Positions 60,334 through 64,000 of a stretch of 64,000 nt of DNA are shown here, piece by piece. How positions within the stretch are numbered: the first letter of the stretch is position 1; every line of letters starts with the position of its first letter. The notes below the pieces were generated by a model. The model ran no database searches, was not told the DNA's origin, and was given only the letters and a program-made list of their open reading frames with translations. The DNA is from an uncultured Nitrospinaceae bacterium (GTDB lineage: Bacteria; UBA8248), in the NCBI GenBank assembly GCA_964005815.1, contig CAXFSR010000017.1, positions 96,001-160,000 on the forward strand. Reading direction: 5' to 3'. Position numbers and translations under genes: made by a program.

Positions 60334-60401
60334 TTTATATCCTCCAATATTAAATAAATAGAAAAATTGATTCTTTTATTATTTTCTCTTACATTATCAG
60401 T

Positions 60402-60665
60402 ATGGAAAATAATGAAAATACATTCAAACTCCCAGTTGAAAAATCAAAGAACCGGAGATTGATCGGTTATCTTATTTTATGGACATTCATGTTCAATATA
60501 ATTTTCGCTGTTCTTGGCGGATTTCTATTGAGCGGTCCTTTTTCTTACTTAACCAGATTCCAATTTGGAATTTTATTATGGTTTGGGATTTTATTTTTGG
60601 GTTCTATTCTTCTTGCATTTCCAATTATTGGACTTCTAGTTCTTAAAATATCAAAAAATGCTTAA
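60402..60665 (+). CDS. Small membrane protein (2 TM), hypothetical
   Basis: 87 aa with two long hydrophobic segments, fills intergenic space. Confidence 0.6.
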   Translation: MENNENTFKLPVEKSKNRRLIGYLILWTFMFNIIFAVLGGFLLSGPFSYLTRFQFGILLWFGILFLGSILLAFPIIGLLVLKISKNA

Positions 60666-60672
60666 GGTTGAA

Positions 60673-61782
60673 TTATTTTAAGTGTTTGCTAAGTTCTTCT
60701 ACTGGAACAGGAAGTTTTACTGGTTCTTGAATCTTTGCAGAAAGATCCATTGCAAGACATAACATTAGATTTTCATGACCCTCGGAAGCAGTCGTATGAG
60801 GAGTTTCTTCTCCTAAACAGATTCTATCATGCCACGACTTAGTTTCTTCTCGCATCGGCCCCCATAACTGATCAAAAACATAATCGCCTGGTGGATAACT
60901 ACCTAAGAAACTGACATGTTTACCTTCTCCGGGTCTGTGAGTAGGATGTGGTTTTTCCGTAGCTAAAACAAGGTCTCGATGCGAATCATCAATAGTGAGC
61001 ACTCCTTCCGTTCCCACAATTCCTATATCCATCGTATACACTTCCCCTGGCCACACCTTAGCAAGCGACCAACAAACCGACATGCTTAACATACTTCCAT
61101 CATCGTACGTTACAATTGAAAAAGTCGAATCTTTTGTTCCAAACTCTTCCAATTCACCAACATTAGACTTCGCATATACTTCTACAGGTTTTTTTTCTGA
61201 CATAAACCATTGACATAGATCCATAGAATGAGTCCCAGAAATTACCATGGGAGTTAGACGATGTGGAAATTCGGATTTTAAAGAATTTACCCTGGGATTA
61301 AAACTATTCAGAAAAGCTCTCACTACTACAGAAGTTACATCACCCATCTGTCCACTTGCAATTCTATTCTTTGTTTCCATAAATCTTCTTCGAAAACGCT
61401 GTGAATAACCTAAAACTGCATCAATCTTTGCATCTTCAATCGCATACACTAATTTTTCTGACTCATCAGGACTGGTAGCCAATGGTTTTTCAATAAAAAG
61501 CGAGTGGCCATGTTCAATAGCACCAAGGACTGGACCCATTCGTTCACTTGCAAACGTGGAAATAACAACGGCATCCACTTCACTTCTAGACAATAATTCC
61601 TTGTAATCCTGGGTGAAGAAATCTGCCTGTATATCTTCACTTAATTTTTCCCCAACTTTTCTATCAATATCACAAAGACCTATCCATTCAATCGCCGCGT
61701 TTTTTCTTGCAAACTCAGCCCGTATTCTACCGATTTTACCGCACCCCACTATTGCCAAACCTACCGAACGTCCTCTACTCAT
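60673..61782 (-). CDS. Gfo/Idh/MocA family oxidoreductase, paralog B
   Basis: IVGCGKIG, EKPLA, GYSQRF, GTHSMD; strongly similar to 35669..36793. Confidence 0.9.
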   Translation of the reverse strand: MSRGRSVGLAIVGCGKIGRIRAEFARKNAAIEWIGLCDIDRKVGEKLSEDIQADFFTQDYKELLSRSEVDAVVISTFASERMGPVLGAIEHGHSLFIEKPLATSPDESEKLVYAIEDAKIDAVLGYSQRFRRRFMETKNRIASGQMGDVTSVVVRAFLNSFNPRVNSLKSEFPHRLTPMVISGTHSMDLCQWFMSEKKPVEVYAKSNVGELEEFGTKDSTFSIVTYDDGSMLSMSVCWSLAKVWPGEVYTMDIGIVGTEGVLTIDDSHRDLVLATEKPHPTHRPGEGKHVSFLGSYPPGDYVFDQLWGPMREETKSWHDRICLGEETPHTTASEGHENLMLCLAMDLSAKIQEPVKLPVPVEELSKHLK

Positions 61783-61891
61783 TATCACTCCAGAATGCAA
61801 AATTTATTTGTTATCTCAATAACCATAAATGAATTTGATATAAAAAAACAATAAAAATCAAAAAATATAAAACATTAAAAACAACTGTCCC

Positions 61892-61921
61892 TTGACAAAG
61901 AAAACGTTTCATTAATATAAG
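61892..61921 (+). promoter_or_regulatory. Putative sigma70 promoter for tRNA-Asn (TTGACA-18-TATAAG)
   Basis: Perfect -35 and near-consensus -10 upstream of the tRNA. Confidence 0.4.
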
Positions 61922-61975
61922 TTCTACTGTTTCATTCTTTGATTTAAATTTGGAAACTGATAGAATAAAAATTAT

Positions 61976-62050
<75 letters not shown>

Positions 62051-62168
62051 TTTTTGACTCCGCTCTATATATTTAAATTGATTCTCATTCACAATCTTTC
62101 TAATCAATCGTCCTTCTAATTAATTAGAAATCATTTTCTCACTAATTGAAATTGACTGGAGGTAATCT

Positions 62169-62531
62169 GTGGACCCATATGTTTTTCTTCTGCTTGCAAT
62201 AGGTGTGATTGTAGGAGCCATTAATTCTGCAACTGGTATAGGATGGGGAATTATCAATGTTCCAATTCTCCTCTCTCTTCCATTCCTGAACACAAAACAG
62301 GCAATCTCTCTTTCCGTTCTAGCTGCTTTATTTGTAAATGCAATGGCTTCCTTTGAAAATCTTAGAAGAGGTTATATTGTCTGGCAATATCTAATTTGGA
62401 TAGCAGCCGGTGGTATTTTAGGAGGATATATAGGTGCATACTTGTTGAGTATCGTTTCTCCTCATATTATAAAAAAAACAGTTGCCATTCTCTGTATCGG
62501 AGTTGGAATAAAACTTCTTTTTGATAGATAG
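62169..62531 (+). CDS. Half-size sulfite exporter TauE/SafE (TSUP) family protein
   Basis: GIGWG.INVP.L, A...S, GG.LGG..GA; 4 TM; GGAGG RBS before GTG. Confidence 0.8.
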   Translation: MDPYVFLLLAIGVIVGAINSATGIGWGIINVPILLSLPFLNTKQAISLSVLAALFVNAMASFENLRRGYIVWQYLIWIAAGGILGGYIGAYLLSIVSPHIIKKTVAILCIGVGIKLLFDR

Positions 62532-62545
62532 AATCGCCTTATTAG

Positions 62546-63316
62546 TTAAATTGGATGCTCTATTTCAATACATAATGTCTCTACCGTATCAATCAGTAGT
62601 TTTATATCTTGTGGCCTTGAAAGCCTGTGATCACCCTCTTTCACTAAAGTTAGATTCACATTTTCACCTTTATAGGAATCCAAAAGTTTTTCTGAATATT
62701 TCCATGGAACGTCTAAATCCTTAACTCCATGGATTAAGCGAAGTGGACACCGCAAAGAAATTTCATTGTCTAAAAGTAAATGCTTTCTTCCTTCTTCTAT
62801 TAACTCTCTGGTAATCGCGTAAGGTTCCTCAGAGTACTCAGAATTTAAATGTAAAATACCCTCTTTATATATTTCTTCTTGCTGATTCTCCGAGAACTGA
62901 TTCCAAATCAGATCTTCTGTAAAATCGGGCGCCGAAGCAACACCGACAATGCCGTAAATTTCTTTTGGTCTGGCCAAAGCACACAATAAGGATATCCATC
63001 CTCCCATACTAGAACCGACTAGGACTTGAGGCCCTATTGCAACTTCATCTAGAACTTCTATGGCGTCATCCGTCCAACTCCCAATAGTTCCTTCGTTAAA
63101 ATCACCAGAAGAAGAACCATGTCCTGTATAATCAAATTTTACGAAACTTCTTCCTACTGCCTTGCAGTGTAATTCTAAAGAACAGGCTTTTGTGCCTTCC
63201 ATATCAGAACGAAATCCACCTAAAAACATCACCCCTGGAGAACGTCCATCATAACTGCGATAAGCAATCTGTTTATGATCTTTGGATTCGATAAAAGGAT
63301 ATTTTTCTTCGCTCAT
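62546..63316 (-). CDS. Alpha/beta hydrolase (ABHD10-like)
   Basis: GGFRSDM.GTKA, FDY.GHG.S, GSSMGGW, APDFT, GDHRLS. Confidence 0.92.
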   Translation of the reverse strand: MSEEKYPFIESKDHKQIAYRSYDGRSPGVMFLGGFRSDMEGTKACSLELHCKAVGRSFVKFDYTGHGSSSGDFNEGTIGSWTDDAIEVLDEVAIGPQVLVGSSMGGWISLLCALARPKEIYGIVGVASAPDFTEDLIWNQFSENQQEEIYKEGILHLNSEYSEEPYAITRELIEEGRKHLLLDNEISLRCPLRLIHGVKDLDVPWKYSEKLLDSYKGENVNLTLVKEGDHRLSRPQDIKLLIDTVETLCIEIEHPI

Positions 63317-63325
63317 CGGAAAACT

Positions 63326-63877
63326 TCAGTCTGAAATTTGATTAGAGCATCTAGAAATCAATTCAGAAATTGACTCATTTATCCTATTCTCTAATTCTTT
63401 TTCGATTAGAATTTCTTGACCATCAAAAACTTTATGGATGCTTCCAATCGATATTTCTACAGGTAAAACATTCGCATTCACAACAGATAAAATCTCTTTC
63501 AAATGACGAATAGCGTTATTGGCACTTGGACCCATTGCTACACCAAACAAAGATACATTTTTCCCTTCCAGTGTGGAAGGATACCCCAAATTATCTATAA
63601 GCATTTTCAGACTACTACTAAGGCTACCGTGATATTCCGGTGTAACAAATAAAATTCCATCACAGGATAAAACTTTTTCTCGAAGGTATTCGGGATCATT
63701 TGAATCGTTTTCAATACCAGGAAGAGTTAGTTGGAAATTTTTTGGATGTATCCATTCGAAAACACAGTCTTTGCCTTCAAACTGAACAGAAATATACTGC
63801 ATCAGTTTATCTGTATTTGCATCTTTACGCAAACTTCCACTAATTCCAAGAATCATCGGTTTACTTTTTGTGGTCAT
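63326..63877 (-). CDS. NADPH-dependent FMN reductase
   Basis: GISGSLR, TPEYHGS.S..LK. Confidence 0.9.
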   Translation of the reverse strand: MTTKSKPMILGISGSLRKDANTDKLMQYISVQFEGKDCVFEWIHPKNFQLTLPGIENDSNDPEYLREKVLSCDGILFVTPEYHGSLSSSLKMLIDNLGYPSTLEGKNVSLFGVAMGPSANNAIRHLKEILSVVNANVLPVEISIGSIHKVFDGQEILIEKELENRINESISELISRCSNQISD

Positions 63878-63892
63878 GGCTTTTCCAAAAAA

Positions 63893-64000
63893 TCAAAGAA
63901 CTATAGGATCCATATCTTTTAAAAGGGGAAGAACTTCTCTTCCAAAAATTTCTGCCTCTTCTTTATGAGGCCAGCCATTCATAATGAAATGACGAATCCC
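63893..64000 (-). CDS. C-terminal end of an LLM/SsuD-like flavin monooxygenase (truncated by window)
   Basis: Translates GIRHFIMNGWPHKEEAEIFGREVLPLLKDMDPIVL*, resembling the SsuD C-terminus; lies directly upstream of an FMN reductase. Confidence 0.7.
   Translation of the reverse strand, partial: GIRHFIMNGWPHKEEAEIFGREVLPLLKDMDPIVL

Overview
A gene-dense, AT-rich bacterial chromosome segment with no integrase, transposase, CRISPR array or rRNA. Housekeeping genes (gap-pgk-tpiA-secG, def, ilvD, metX, typA, priA, a DEAD-box helicase, an M16 protease pair, a siroheme/sulfite reductase operon, tRNA-Leu(GAG), tRNA-Asn(GTT)) are interleaved with many paralogous catabolic enzymes. These include hydantoinase A/B, two DHPON-hydrolase-like alpha/beta hydrolases around an LLM oxidoreductase, three tandem acetamidase/formamidases, two Gfo/Idh/MocA oxidoreductases, cupins, SDRs and an acyl-CoA dehydrogenase. 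The gene content suggests a heterotrophic, probably marine bacterium, but taxonomy cannot be fixed from sequence alone. The main hidden signal is four genes with an in-frame TGA at a catalytic or metal-binding Cys position, each followed by a GC-rich SECIS-like hairpin. Three are DsbA/FrnE-like thioredoxin-fold paralogs (motifs CYVUPYA, DFTUPFC, EYHUPWA) that the ORF track truncates. The fourth is a MerT-like membrane protein with a Cys-Sec dyad that the ORF track misses. Together they indicate a selenoprotein-rich organism. Also notable: a MetX-NIL domain fusion, a hydantoinase B with altered metal ligands, a LeuC/D-like pair with a divergent active site, and a missed 51-aa ORF. All family assignments come from motif recognition; no database searches were run.
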